The notes under the pieces were generated by a model, which worked only from the letters and a program-made list of their open reading frames with translations, did no database searches and was not told the origin of the DNA. A program made the position numbers and the translations under genes. A stretch of DNA of 63,208 bases, counting the filler, from Folioceros fuciformis (Eukaryota), in the NCBI GenBank assembly GCA_049999805.1. It is 33 parts of 33 records of this genome, joined end to end, with 100 filler letters (N's around TTAATTAATTAA, not from the genome) between each part and the next. Parts side by side here need not be neighbours in the genome. Positions count along the whole stretch, not along the records: positions 22,469 to 24,060 come from JBNGIO010004242.1; positions 24,161 to 25,642 come from JBNGIO010004243.1; positions 25,743 to 27,024 come from JBNGIO010004244.1; positions 27,125 to 29,016 come from JBNGIO010004245.1; positions 29,117 to 31,226 come from JBNGIO010004246.1; positions 31,327 to 33,612 come from JBNGIO010004247.1; positions 33,713 to 35,292 come from JBNGIO010004248.1; positions 35,393 to 36,988 come from JBNGIO010004249.1; 25 more parts are not named here. One strand, written 5' to 3'. Below, one piece after another: positions 22,979 to 35,674 of the stretch (its first letter is position 1; each line of letters opens with the position of its first letter).

Positions 22979-24857
22979 CATCTGCTGAACCTGGATACGA
23001 AGGGGAAAAGAGCAATGGGGAGGAGGAAATGGTAGCCCGAGTAACCACCCGTGCCGAACGTCGGGAGTGTCAATAGGATCGACTCCAGTCTACGTGCAAG
23101 TGTAGGAGAGGAGAGGAGAGAAGAGCGGGTGGTATTGGTGATCACAACCATGAAAACAATACACATCACCACTGTCTTACTATGGAGGTCCGAGGTCTCC
23201 ATTTAAGTAGTACATTTAGGGCTACACAACTTCCAGGTTCAATATGGGATAATCTACACNNNNNNNNNNTACCACTATTAACCCTTTTTCAACCAAAACA
23301 AACTACTACCCCAAACTTTGGAGGTTCACACCTACCAAGTTCAAGCTGTGACAGGAGGGAGACCGCCCCAGTCGATGTGACCTACCTACCAACCAGCTGC
23401 ACCTCTTGCCATGAGGTATGGGAACCGGCCCAGTTCACCAGGGCCATGGAGACCAGATTCATTGCAACGACCTCTCTCGGTGCCAGCAGGATGTTGCTAT
23501 AACTGCGGGGTACCCGGACATTATGCAGGTGATTGTACTGAGCCTCGGCAGCAAATGGGATATGTTCCCTTCTGCCAAGTCTGCAAGGAATTGGGACATA
23601 AGGTTGGGGATGCACGATGTAGTGGTGTCAATCGAACAGTCCCTACGAGACCAAGGGTCCGTTTTGCGGAGCCACCAGTAGACACACAACCCGCTAAAAT
23701 AGAGACGACCATCACGGTCACATCCACTCCAGTCCTTATGGTGGAGATGGAGACATTGGGGACCTTAAGCCTTCGGTAGCATCTGCTGAACCTGGATACG
23801 AAGGGGAAAAGAGCAATGGGGAGGAGGAAATGGTAGCCCGAGTAACCACCCGTGCCGAACGTCGGGAGTGTCAATAGGATCGACTCCAGTCTACGTGCAA
23901 GTGTAGGAGAGGAGAGGAGAGAAGAGCGGGTGGTATTGGTGATCACAACCATGAAAACAATACACATCACCACTGTCTTACTATGGAGGTCCGAGGTCTC
24001 CATTTAAGTAGTACATTTAGGGCTACACAACTTCCAGGTTCAATATGGGATAATCTACACNNNNNNNNNNNNNNNNNNNNNNNNNNNNNNNNNNNNNNNN
24101 NNNNTTAATTAATTAANNNNNNNNNNNNNNNNNNNNNNNNNNNNNNNNNNNNNNNNNNNNGCCTCGATCCAAGCCAGCCAGGGGGATCCAATCTGGGGCC
24201 GGGGGGAAATCTTGGCTAGATCATGGCCAGCATGCAGGCAGCCTAGCCGAGGCGAAAACTAGGTTGGCGGGATCCGACTGGGTCTAGGTAGGTAGGAAGC
24301 AAGCGGAGACGGTCCAGTTGCCCAGACGGATCGGGGAGTGGCGAATCAGTGCAACATCAGGCTGATGTCCCCGAGGGGTAGGATCATGAGGAGGAGTCTG
24401 CTTCCATTGCAAACCGGGGGGTTGTGGAAGAACATCCTGGAAAACCAAAGTGAAGGTGGCTTTGAGAGTTACATGGGCGAGGGGTTCTCTCTGAAGAGTT
24501 TCTCCTTCAACGAGCACAGGAAGGAAAGGCAGCTGCTCAGAAGCAAGTTGAGCCAGTTATCTGTGCGTTGATAGATCTCTGTAGAAGTTAAGGGAAGAAC
24601 ATGCGCCCGAACTGAAAAATGCTCATGCAAAGGAGCTGATGAAGGCCGAAGCCGCATACCTTCTACATAAGGAGATTATTAAGGAGCAACGGGAAGCTGA
24701 CGAGAGGATGAGGTCATTGCAACAGGCAGCAGAGGAGAGACTGAAGAGTGAACTCAGGCGAAGGCATAAAAACAGCTCGACTCTGGCTTCGAGCAAAGGG
24801 GTTACGGTGGCCTGGACAAGGGTCGGAGGCGTAGGTTGCTAGAAGAATGTGTACAGG

Positions 24858-24896
24858 TGTGAACCTCCAAAGTTTGGGGTAGTAGTTTGTTTTGGT
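24858..24896. mobile_element. Family A terminus, reverse orientation; duplicate 25604-25642
   Basis: TGTGAACCTCCAAAGTTTGGGGTAGTAGTTTGTTTTGGT. Confidence 0.8.
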
Positions 24897-25742
24897 NNNN
24901 NNNNNNGCCTCGATCCAAGCCAGCCAGGGGGATCCAATCTGGGGCCGGGGGGAAATCTTGGCTAGATCATGGCCAGCATGCAGGCAGCCTAGCCGAGGCG
25001 AAAACTAGGTTGGCGGGATCCGACTGGGTCTAGGTAGGTAGGAAGCAAGCGGAGACGGTCCAGTTGCCCAGACGGATCGGGGAGTGGCGAATCAGTGCAA
25101 CATCAGGCTGATGTCCCCGAGGGGTAGGATCATGAGGAGGAGTCTGCTTCCATTGCAAACCGGGGGGTTGTGGAAGAACATCCTGGAAAACCAAAGTGAA
25201 GGTGGCTTTGAGAGTTACATGGGCGAGGGGTTCTCTCTGAAGAGTTTCTCCTTCAACGAGCACAGGAAGGAAAGGCAGCTGCTCAGAAGCAAGTTGAGCC
25301 AGTTATCTGTGCGTTGATAGATCTCTGTAGAAGTTAAGGGAAGAACATGCGCCCGAACTGAAAAATGCTCATGCAAAGGAGCTGATGAAGGCCGAAGCCG
25401 CATACCTTCTACATAAGGAGATTATTAAGGAGCAACGGGAAGCTGACGAGAGGATGAGGTCATTGCAACAGGCAGCAGAGGAGAGACTGAAGAGTGAACT
25501 CAGGCGAAGGCATAAAAACAGCTCGACTCTGGCTTCGAGCAAAGGGGTTACGGTGGCCTGGACAAGGGTCGGAGGCGTAGGTTGCTAGAAGAATGTGTAC
25601 AGGTGTGAACCTCCAAAGTTTGGGGTAGTAGTTTGTTTTGGTNNNNNNNNNNNNNNNNNNNNNNNNNNNNNNNNNNNNNNNNNNNNTTAATTAATTAANN
25701 NNNNNNNNNNNNNNNNNNNNNNNNNNNNNNNNNNNNNNNNNN

Positions 25743-25900
25743 AATATATATATAACAATAGATATAAATTATATACAAACCCAAGAAAATCCAGCTGATT
25801 TATTAACAAAGTTATTGGGCAGGGATTTACATCTTAAGCAGATGAAAAGTTTAGGAATATGTAAAGTTACCACTAATCTAACTAGTTGTCAAGTTTATCT
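25743..25900 (+). pseudogene. pol: Ty1/Copia RNase H C-terminus; duplicate 26389-26546
   Basis: IDINYIQTQENPADLLTKLLGRDLHLKQMKSLGI contains the conserved N-x-ADxxTK motif at the end of Copia pol. Confidence 0.8.
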
Positions 25901-27124
25901 AATTATAAACCACATAGATCATCTAGGATTTCAAGTTCAGCTTCTAACTCTAAGTAGTCTTCACTATACTCCTTATTCTCTCTCTAATGCCCAAAAGGAT
26001 CCTACATCAAAGTCCATTGGTTAAGTGACAAAAATGATGTGAATAACTTAGTTAAGTGGTTAGGACACTTACTATATAGGTGTTTAGTATGTCCTCCATA
26101 TTCTTCACATAGGGATGTACCTAACTTGATCATTTTTATTCCTTTCTTGTCACATGTATGCTCCATGGGAGCCTCATGGTCATCTGGTTCCCCTGGAAAT
26201 ATCATGTAGGTAGCCTTAAATAGATTCCCAGTTGGTACTTTCTTTTTTGTACTTGTTTTTCCTTGGGTCACTTGTAGTGGTATGGCAAAGCTTACATGGC
26301 TTGTGCCTACACATTTATCTACACCTACAATAGAAGTAGATTTTTATTAGGAAAAATGCTAGCTTTTTAGCTTACATANNNNNNNNNNAATATATATATA
26401 ACAATAGATATAAATTATATACAAACCCAAGAAAATCCAGCTGATTTATTAACAAAGTTATTGGGCAGGGATTTACATCTTAAGCAGATGAAAAGTTTAG
26501 GAATATGTAAAGTTACCACTAATCTAACTAGTTGTCAAGTTTATCTAATTATAAACCACATAGATCATCTAGGATTTCAAGTTCAGCTTCTAACTCTAAG
26601 TAGTCTTCACTATACTCCTTATTCTCTCTCTAATGCCCAAAAGGATCCTACATCAAAGTCCATTGGTTAAGTGACAAAAATGATGTGAATAACTTAGTTA
26701 AGTGGTTAGGACACTTACTATATAGGTGTTTAGTATGTCCTCCATATTCTTCACATAGGGATGTACCTAACTTGATCATTTTTATTCCTTTCTTGTCACA
26801 TGTATGCTCCATGGGAGCCTCATGGTCATCTGGTTCCCCTGGAAATATCATGTAGGTAGCCTTAAATAGATTCCCAGTTGGTACTTTCTTTTTTGTACTT
26901 GTTTTTCCTTGGGTCACTTGTAGTGGTATGGCAAAGCTTACATGGCTTGTGCCTACACATTTATCTACACCTACAATAGAAGTAGATTTTTATTAGGAAA
27001 AATGCTAGCTTTTTAGCTTACATANNNNNNNNNNNNNNNNNNNNNNNNNNNNNNNNNNNNNNNNNNNNTTAATTAATTAANNNNNNNNNNNNNNNNNNNN
27101 NNNNNNNNNNNNNNNNNNNNNNNN

Positions 27125-27560
27125 GATAATCTACACTATCCTAAGTGTTGTATGCTCTTAATAACAATTTAGTTAGAGCTTGATTTCTAACAAAATATTG
27201 TCTTGATGTCAAGTTGCATTAATTCATAGTCATGGTGAGATGCTGAAGCTACAAGAATCCTAAGTGAGGTTATCTTAAGTATAGGACTAAAAGTTTCATC
27301 ATAATCAAATCCGTACTTTTGAGAATATCCCTTGCCACTAGTTTAGCTTTATATCTTTCTATGCTACCATCAGCATTTAACTTAATTTTAAAAGTCCACT
27401 TAGAGCCTACTAATTCTCTATCCTTAGGTAGACTAGTTAGGGTCCAAGTCTTATTAACTTGTAGGGATTCTAATTCTGATTAAATTGCCTTTTTCCAATG
27501 TTCCTTTTATGTGCATGTCATGTCTTCGTGATAATTGACTGGAATAAATTGATCTATGGC
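27125..27560 (-). pseudogene. pol: Ty1/Copia reverse transcriptase N-terminal region, degenerate; duplicate 28076-28511
   Basis: Manual translation: HWKKAI*SELESLQVNKTWTLTSLPKDRELVGSKWTFKIKLNADGSIERYKAKLVA/GYSQKYGFDYDETFSP...ELMQLDIKT, with a stop and a frameshift. Confidence 0.88.
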
Positions 27561-29495
27561 TGCATGGAGGCAATAGGCTAAAGTGTTCTTAGGGTCCCGC
27601 CAATTAGTGGGGGAATATCTATTAATTTTACCTGCATTATGTCTTTGAGGACGCCTGCCTCCTGTGTCAACGAGGTTGTCTTGTTGTGGAGTGTCCTCAA
27701 TGTCCTCGTGAGGAGGATCTTCAACAGCTTGAGTATATGTAGGTTGAATGATGGAGTTAGGATCATGTTTAAATTCAAATACAATTTCCTATTTGCTTTT
27801 GGGGTCCTCGGTCGAGGGTGAGAGCCGGGCATCAAGTTGTGTGGCCGAGAGTCGCCCCGCGTGTCTATCTCAAATGCTTGGTCAAAAATACTCGTATCTG
27901 CCGGTTCATGATGGCCGTGAGGGCACGCTCACGAGGATGTGCCGCCGTTGTGCAGATCTGGATGGCTAATTGGTTGCTGGGTGTGTGCTCCTTGCCGTGT
28001 GTAGACACGTGGGCCTGCTGCTGATGAATGCGTGCCTGTTGAGTGCCCTCCGTGCTGGAAATGTCNNNNNNNNNNGATAATCTACACTATCCTAAGTGTT
28101 GTATGCTCTTAATAACAATTTAGTTAGAGCTTGATTTCTAACAAAATATTGTCTTGATGTCAAGTTGCATTAATTCATAGTCATGGTGAGATGCTGAAGC
28201 TACAAGAATCCTAAGTGAGGTTATCTTAAGTATAGGACTAAAAGTTTCATCATAATCAAATCCGTACTTTTGAGAATATCCCTTGCCACTAGTTTAGCTT
28301 TATATCTTTCTATGCTACCATCAGCATTTAACTTAATTTTAAAAGTCCACTTAGAGCCTACTAATTCTCTATCCTTAGGTAGACTAGTTAGGGTCCAAGT
28401 CTTATTAACTTGTAGGGATTCTAATTCTGATTAAATTGCCTTTTTCCAATGTTCCTTTTATGTGCATGTCATGTCTTCGTGATAATTGACTGGAATAAAT
28501 TGATCTATGGCTGCATGGAGGCAATAGGCTAAAGTGTTCTTAGGGTCCCGCCAATTAGTGGGGGAATATCTATTAATTTTACCTGCATTATGTCTTTGAG
28601 GACGCCTGCCTCCTGTGTCAACGAGGTTGTCTTGTTGTGGAGTGTCCTCAATGTCCTCGTGAGGAGGATCTTCAACAGCTTGAGTATATGTAGGTTGAAT
28701 GATGGAGTTAGGATCATGTTTAAATTCAAATACAATTTCCTATTTGCTTTTGGGGTCCTCGGTCGAGGGTGAGAGCCGGGCATCAAGTTGTGTGGCCGAG
28801 AGTCGCCCCGCGTGTCTATCTCAAATGCTTGGTCAAAAATACTCGTATCTGCCGGTTCATGATGGCCGTGAGGGCACGCTCACGAGGATGTGCCGCCGTT
28901 GTGCAGATCTGGATGGCTAATTGGTTGCTGGGTGTGTGCTCCTTGCCGTGTGTAGACACGTGGGCCTGCTGCTGATGAATGCGTGCCTGTTGAGTGCCCT
29001 CCGTGCTGGAAATGTCNNNNNNNNNNNNNNNNNNNNNNNNNNNNNNNNNNNNNNNNNNNNTTAATTAATTAANNNNNNNNNNNNNNNNNNNNNNNNNNNN
29101 NNNNNNNNNNNNNNNNTGTGGACTTAGGCAAAAGTAAGGGCCGAGACGACGGGGCGACGGTAGTCGGCAGGGCAACCGTCGCCGGAGGGACGACTGGCGG
29201 GCGGTAAGGATAGAAAGCAGGCAGGGCATAAAAACCCTAGAGAAAGGGGAGCTTTGTCCAGCATCCAAAAGCGCGGGGAGCGGGAGTAACTTGAAGCGTG
29301 AAGCGGTTGAAGGAGGAGAAAACGCCAGGACGACGGGGCAGACGGCGTAGGGCGTGAGGGTTGAGCAGGCACAGGGGAGTGGGAGACCTCCAAGGCCCAA
29401 GCGGTGGAGAGAGCTGGGTGAACAGAGGAAGAGCCAGAGCGTGACCAAGACAGAAGAGTTCCGAGCCCAAGCGTGAGGGGAGGAGGACAGCCAGG

Positions 29496-30166
29496 ATGAG
29501 GTCACGGCCTGAACTGATCCCTGGAGCAGCAGCCTCTAGACAGGAGGGGGGACCTCCTGTCCCCCGAATCGACCTACTCCTGTGGCCCAATATGGAGCAC
29601 TGGAGGGTCAGGGCAGGAAAGTTGATGGCAGAGCTGGGTCTGAACTTTATGACCCAGAAGTGGAACCATGCAGCACCCCAACTGGTCAGGGAGTGCGCCC
29701 TGAGGCTGATAGAGCCTGTACGCGAGGAGGGGATCAGAGGCAGACCCCAGGAATGGAACCTGGAGTTGATCAGGAGGGTCTACGGGCGCGACCAACAGGA
29801 GGAATGGGGACTAGTGCTGGAGTCCCTGAAGAGGCGTGGCAGAACGGGAGCCGCGGAAACGCTGCTCAAGGCAGGCACGAGAAAGGAAGCGAACGGGTGG
29901 CTGGTGCGCGACATGGCAAGTCCCTAGCTGTTGGGATTGGCTAGGTGGTTCATGAGCTTCTTCCAGGTACGCAAACAGGATTATCTGTCCGATCAGATGC
30001 TCCTGTTTGTGCATGAAGTAGTGAAGGGTACCAGGATCGATTGGGGGAGGATTTTATACACCCGGATGGATGAGGAGAGGTAGAACGTGATCTGACCCAC
30101 CCCTGAACCTTCTATGATTTCCCCGTTTGTAATCCATGTGTACAGTTACTCTAATCTGGTCACTGA
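29496..30166 (+). pseudogene. Disrupted ORF resembling accessory ORFs of plant LTR retrotransposons; duplicate 30556-31226
   Basis: Frame continues past TAG 29925-29927 into LLGLARWFMSFFQVRKQDYLS...RIDWGRILY...MISPFVIHVY. Resemblance judged by eye only. Confidence 0.4.
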
Positions 30167-31326
30167 NNNNNNNNNNTGTGGACTTAGGCAAAAGTAAGGG
30201 CCGAGACGACGGGGCGACGGTAGTCGGCAGGGCAACCGTCGCCGGAGGGACGACTGGCGGGCGGTAAGGATAGAAAGCAGGCAGGGCATAAAAACCCTAG
30301 AGAAAGGGGAGCTTTGTCCAGCATCCAAAAGCGCGGGGAGCGGGAGTAACTTGAAGCGTGAAGCGGTTGAAGGAGGAGAAAACGCCAGGACGACGGGGCA
30401 GACGGCGTAGGGCGTGAGGGTTGAGCAGGCACAGGGGAGTGGGAGACCTCCAAGGCCCAAGCGGTGGAGAGAGCTGGGTGAACAGAGGAAGAGCCAGAGC
30501 GTGACCAAGACAGAAGAGTTCCGAGCCCAAGCGTGAGGGGAGGAGGACAGCCAGGATGAGGTCACGGCCTGAACTGATCCCTGGAGCAGCAGCCTCTAGA
30601 CAGGAGGGGGGACCTCCTGTCCCCCGAATCGACCTACTCCTGTGGCCCAATATGGAGCACTGGAGGGTCAGGGCAGGAAAGTTGATGGCAGAGCTGGGTC
30701 TGAACTTTATGACCCAGAAGTGGAACCATGCAGCACCCCAACTGGTCAGGGAGTGCGCCCTGAGGCTGATAGAGCCTGTACGCGAGGAGGGGATCAGAGG
30801 CAGACCCCAGGAATGGAACCTGGAGTTGATCAGGAGGGTCTACGGGCGCGACCAACAGGAGGAATGGGGACTAGTGCTGGAGTCCCTGAAGAGGCGTGGC
30901 AGAACGGGAGCCGCGGAAACGCTGCTCAAGGCAGGCACGAGAAAGGAAGCGAACGGGTGGCTGGTGCGCGACATGGCAAGTCCCTAGCTGTTGGGATTGG
31001 CTAGGTGGTTCATGAGCTTCTTCCAGGTACGCAAACAGGATTATCTGTCCGATCAGATGCTCCTGTTTGTGCATGAAGTAGTGAAGGGTACCAGGATCGA
31101 TTGGGGGAGGATTTTATACACCCGGATGGATGAGGAGAGGTAGAACGTGATCTGACCCACCCCTGAACCTTCTATGATTTCCCCGTTTGTAATCCATGTG
31201 TACAGTTACTCTAATCTGGTCACTGANNNNNNNNNNNNNNNNNNNNNNNNNNNNNNNNNNNNNNNNNNNNTTAATTAATTAANNNNNNNNNNNNNNNNNN
31301 NNNNNNNNNNNNNNNNNNNNNNNNNN

Positions 31327-31869
31327 AAAAATATCCTGAGGCTCGTATCCTCGCATGATACTTTTAATGTCTTTCATTCTATCTTGGACCACCTGCGATG
31401 TATCAGCACTTGCAGCTTCTCCATGCTTCGCAAAACCTTTGATGCCATGTCGATGTTTAAACTTTGCTATCCAACCATGAGAAAATGTTAGTGGTTTTTC
31501 CAACCTTTCTGCTTCTGGTAACCTATTAAAGAACTGTTTTCCCATTTCACACAACATATCGTCAGAGATAGTGACATTTCCTTCCATCGTCACAAACCAT
31601 GAAAACAAAGCCTCCTCAACCTTTGGATGAAATGTATCCTTACTTCGTTTAGAGTTAGCTTCATGATCCTTGACGTTTTGAAACTCATTTCCCTTCTTGA
31701 AAATTCGACCTATAGTCATAGCAGAAACTGGCATGCTGAATTGATGAGAAGCCCAAGCACTAACCTCTCGATTAGTAGCTCCACTATGAGCATCTTTGTA
31801 TAATATTATTTCTTTCTTTTGCCCCATCGTCAAAGATAATTTCTTCTTACTACTTGGTTCTCGCGGCAT
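31327..31869 (-). CDS. pogo/Tigger-family transposase N-terminus (Psq-type HTH plus CENP-B-type HTH), 3'-truncated
   Basis: LSLTMGQKKEII...TIGRIFKK...HPKVEEALFSWF...ISDDMLCEMG...FSHGWIAKFKHRHGI...HGEAASAD...YEPQDIF, ending just before the expected first catalytic Asp; no stops. Confidence 0.92.
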
Positions 31870-32335
31870 ATTGAATTCACCCTAAGAAAAGCAAAAGTTG
31901 CAAACATACAATTTAATAATTGAGTACTCAAAATAATGAAATACAAAGTATCCCAAATCTAATATAGAAACATACCTCCAAATATGTGATTTTAGAAGCT
32001 TTTTTGTATAACGATGTCCTAGCCGCATTTCACGTTAACAAGCATAACGTACCTGGATGGAGAACACATGTTAGATCAAAAGCCTTCAACAATAAATACA
32101 AGAATTACCAAAACCTATTACAATTTGAATGTGGTAACATTTTCCTTCCCAAGCCACATGAAAGCGTAAAAAAAAAAGAAACTACCAAGATAGATAGTTA
32201 TAGGATTTCCGAGGCCTAAAACCATCATGAAATAAGAAAAAATAATGAAAAATAATGCATGAAATAATAAATATTAAACCAAGTTTAAAAAAATTATTAT
32301 TTTTTACTTCATACACTCCTATATACATAAATACA

Positions 32336-33060
32336 TACTTACTTCTCTCTTGGTCTCCTTCTCTTGTCTTCTCCTTCTTCTCCCTTCCCTTCTCCCTCGC
32401 TCTTCTTCTCTCTCTTGTGCCTTGTACCCTCTTGCTCCTTGGTCCCTCTTGCTCCTTGCTCTCTCTTNNNNNNNNNNNNNNNNNNNNNNNNNNNNNNNNN
32501 NNNNNNNNNNNNNNNNNNNNNNNNNNNNNNNNNNNNNNNNNNNNNNNNNNNNNNNNNNNNNNNNNNNTACTTACTTCTCTCTTGGTCCTCCTTCTCTTGC
32601 CTTCTCCTTCTTCTCCCTTGCCTTCTCCCTCCTTCTCCTTCTCTCTTGTGCCTTGTACCCTCTTGCTCCTTGCTCTCTCCTTCCACCTTCGCTTAGGCCT
32701 CCTTGCTTCCTCTTGCTCCTTGCTCCCCCTTGCTTCTTGTTCCCTCTTGCTCTCTCCTTCTACTTTTGCTTGGGTCTCCTTGCTTGCTCTCGCTCCTTGC
32801 TCCCTTGCTCCCCCTTGCTCCTTGTTCCTTCTTGCTCTCTCCTTCCACCTTTGCTTGGGCCTCCTTGCTTCCTCTTGCTCCTTACTCCCTTGCTTCCTCT
32901 TGCTCCTTACTCCCTTGCTTCCTCTTGCTCCTTACTCCCTTGCTTCCTCTTGCTCCTTACTCCCTTGCTCCCTCTTACTCCTTGCTCCCTTGCTCCCTCT
33001 TGCTCTCTCCTTCCACCTTTGCTTAGGCCTCCTTGCTCCCTCCTCCTTCTCTTGCTTTGG
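32336..33060. repeat. CT-rich low-complexity/minisatellite tract (includes 25-bp unit CTTGCTTCCTCTTGCTCCTTACTCC)
   Basis: Directly visible reiteration of CTCTTGCTCCTT motifs. Confidence 0.9.
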
Positions 33061-33360
33061 GCCCATCCAAGTCCTACATTGTGATTGACCTTCTCTTGCT
33101 TTGGGCCCATCCAAGTCTCGCATTGTGATTGGATGAATTAAATATTAATATTATTCATACTATTTTAAGCATAATATATATATATATTTAAAAAATAACA
33201 TTTATAGAATTGGACTATAGTGATTGGGAGTGCCTATTTTCCTAAAACAAGTAACATATAACATTTATAGAAAAATAACATTTAGCCTTACTCCCCAAAT
33301 AGGGAGTACCCAAACCTCTAACATTTATAGAGGTATAATATTTAGGGAGGTCACATTTAC

Positions 33361-33522
33361 AGAGGGCGGACTGTATAGAGGCTAAAATTGCAATGTTTGA
33401 GACTCTAATATGACAGAGGGCGGACTGTATAGAGGCTAAAATTGCAATGTTTGAGACTCTAATATGACAGAGGGCGGACTATATAGAGGCTAAAATTGCA
33501 ATGTTTGAGACTCTAATATGAC
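33361..33522. repeat. 54-bp tandem repeat x3 spanning the transposon end and flank
   Basis: AGAGGGCGGACT(G/A)TATAGAGGCTAAAATTGCAATGTTTGAGACTCTAATATGAC at 33361, 33415 and 33469. Confidence 0.92.
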
Positions 33523-34032
33523 GGAGACAAATAAGAAAATGGTAGAGAAGAAAATGATACTTTTGAGGATGTAGAGACTACAAAGCTGCATATAATGTAG
33601 TAGTAGTTTTGGNNNNNNNNNNNNNNNNNNNNNNNNNNNNNNNNNNNNNNNNNNNNTTAATTAATTAANNNNNNNNNNNNNNNNNNNNNNNNNNNNNNNN
33701 NNNNNNNNNNNNTGATAAATTTTGATTATGATGTCAATTTCATGCAAGTATGACAACCCGTACATGTTCGAGGGATGTTAAGCGAAAGAAGAAGATGTAG
33801 AAGATTGAGAAAACTTTATGAATTGGATCCAAATAGTCGTAATCGATGGTATGTTCGGGCTATATTTAAGCAACTAATTTTTGGAAGTAATTTGCGTGAT
33901 TTTAAAAATTTGGAAAACTCTTAGTACTTATAAATAAAAAGTATTTTAAGACTAAAAGAAATAAAGATTAATTATACATTAATAATGTTTTAGATAAAAG
34001 AACTCATAGAAAAAAAAAAGAGTCCTTCCATG

Positions 34033-34093
34033 AGAGAGAGAGAGGGAGAGAGGGAGAGAGGGAGAGAGGGAGAGAGGGAGAGAGAGAGAGAGA
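34033..34093. repeat. GA/GAGAGAGG microsatellite; duplicate 34828-34888
   Basis: Directly visible. Confidence 0.9.
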
Positions 34094-35674
34094 AGAATAG
34101 GATTTTATAAGATATTGTTTTAAATTTGCATGGATCCGAATTTTGAAATGAAGTCCTCAACTACACGACTTGCTATTACATCATGACGTTGCAGGTCGAC
34201 AGCATTGCATCTTGTCTTCTTACAACAGTGCTCTTCATCGATGAAGTCCATATCATTTGATTTTTTTTTCTTTGCATTTAGGATTTCATGCATACGCCGA
34301 TCGTCACGGCAACCTCATAAAATGCCAGAAGGCTCCTCTTTTTGTTTTTTGTGTGGTGCCACACTCTCATTTACATCAATTTTGTGAACTTTGAAGTGCA
34401 AACATGTGCAATCTGTGAGTTGCAGGAGGCATGGAGGCTACCACAGTGGAGAGGCAACAAGTTTGGACAGTGGAGGAGGGCTGTGAGCAAAGGGGGTNNN
34501 NNNNNNNTGATAAATTTTGATTATGATGTCAATTTCATGCAAGTATGACAACCCGTACATGTTCGAGGGATGTTAAGCGAAAGAAGAAGATGTAGAAGAT
34601 TGAGAAAACTTTATGAATTGGATCCAAATAGTCGTAATCGATGGTATGTTCGGGCTATATTTAAGCAACTAATTTTTGGAAGTAATTTGCGTGATTTTAA
34701 AAATTTGGAAAACTCTTAGTACTTATAAATAAAAAGTATTTTAAGACTAAAAGAAATAAAGATTAATTATACATTAATAATGTTTTAGATAAAAGAACTC
34801 ATAGAAAAAAAAAAGAGTCCTTCCATGAGAGAGAGAGAGGGAGAGAGGGAGAGAGGGAGAGAGGGAGAGAGGGAGAGAGAGAGAGAGAAGAATAGGATTT
34901 TATAAGATATTGTTTTAAATTTGCATGGATCCGAATTTTGAAATGAAGTCCTCAACTACACGACTTGCTATTACATCATGACGTTGCAGGTCGACAGCAT
35001 TGCATCTTGTCTTCTTACAACAGTGCTCTTCATCGATGAAGTCCATATCATTTGATTTTTTTTTCTTTGCATTTAGGATTTCATGCATACGCCGATCGTC
35101 ACGGCAACCTCATAAAATGCCAGAAGGCTCCTCTTTTTGTTTTTTGTGTGGTGCCACACTCTCATTTACATCAATTTTGTGAACTTTGAAGTGCAAACAT
35201 GTGCAATCTGTGAGTTGCAGGAGGCATGGAGGCTACCACAGTGGAGAGGCAACAAGTTTGGACAGTGGAGGAGGGCTGTGAGCAAAGGGGGTNNNNNNNN
35301 NNNNNNNNNNNNNNNNNNNNNNNNNNNNNNNNNNNNTTAATTAATTAANNNNNNNNNNNNNNNNNNNNNNNNNNNNNNNNNNNNNNNNNNNNGTATAAGG
35401 TCTCTTTACCAGAAATCCGCTCATCTCCAGAACGCTTCTTTGTATCACTTGATATTTCGTTTTTTGGTTGCTGTTGGGGACCCTGAACTCTGACAAACCA
35501 GCATCCATATTGGCATCCGCAAGTTTCTGCTTCTCCTCTTCTAACCGTTTCGAGTTCCTTGTTGAGTACATGTAATCCTGGAACGGCTTGGGCAACAATT
35601 CCAGGTCGTTTATATCTCCAGGTTTCTGCCAACAAATATCTTTATCAGCAAACTATGTTACTTTCATTAGTTAA

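Larger units (their letters stand above)
31327..33373 (-). mobile_element. pogo-like DNA transposon, left part including terminal inverted repeat
   Basis: Minus strand begins TA|CAGTCCGCCCTCTGTAAATGT at 33373, with a subterminal CCTCTATAAATGTTA motif, upstream of the transposase. A 100-N gap (32468-32567) lies between. Confidence 0.7.

Noticed and set aside
32255-33123. Leu/Ser/Pro-rich membrane-like ORFs
   Set aside because: Translations of a CT-rich minisatellite that span an N gap.
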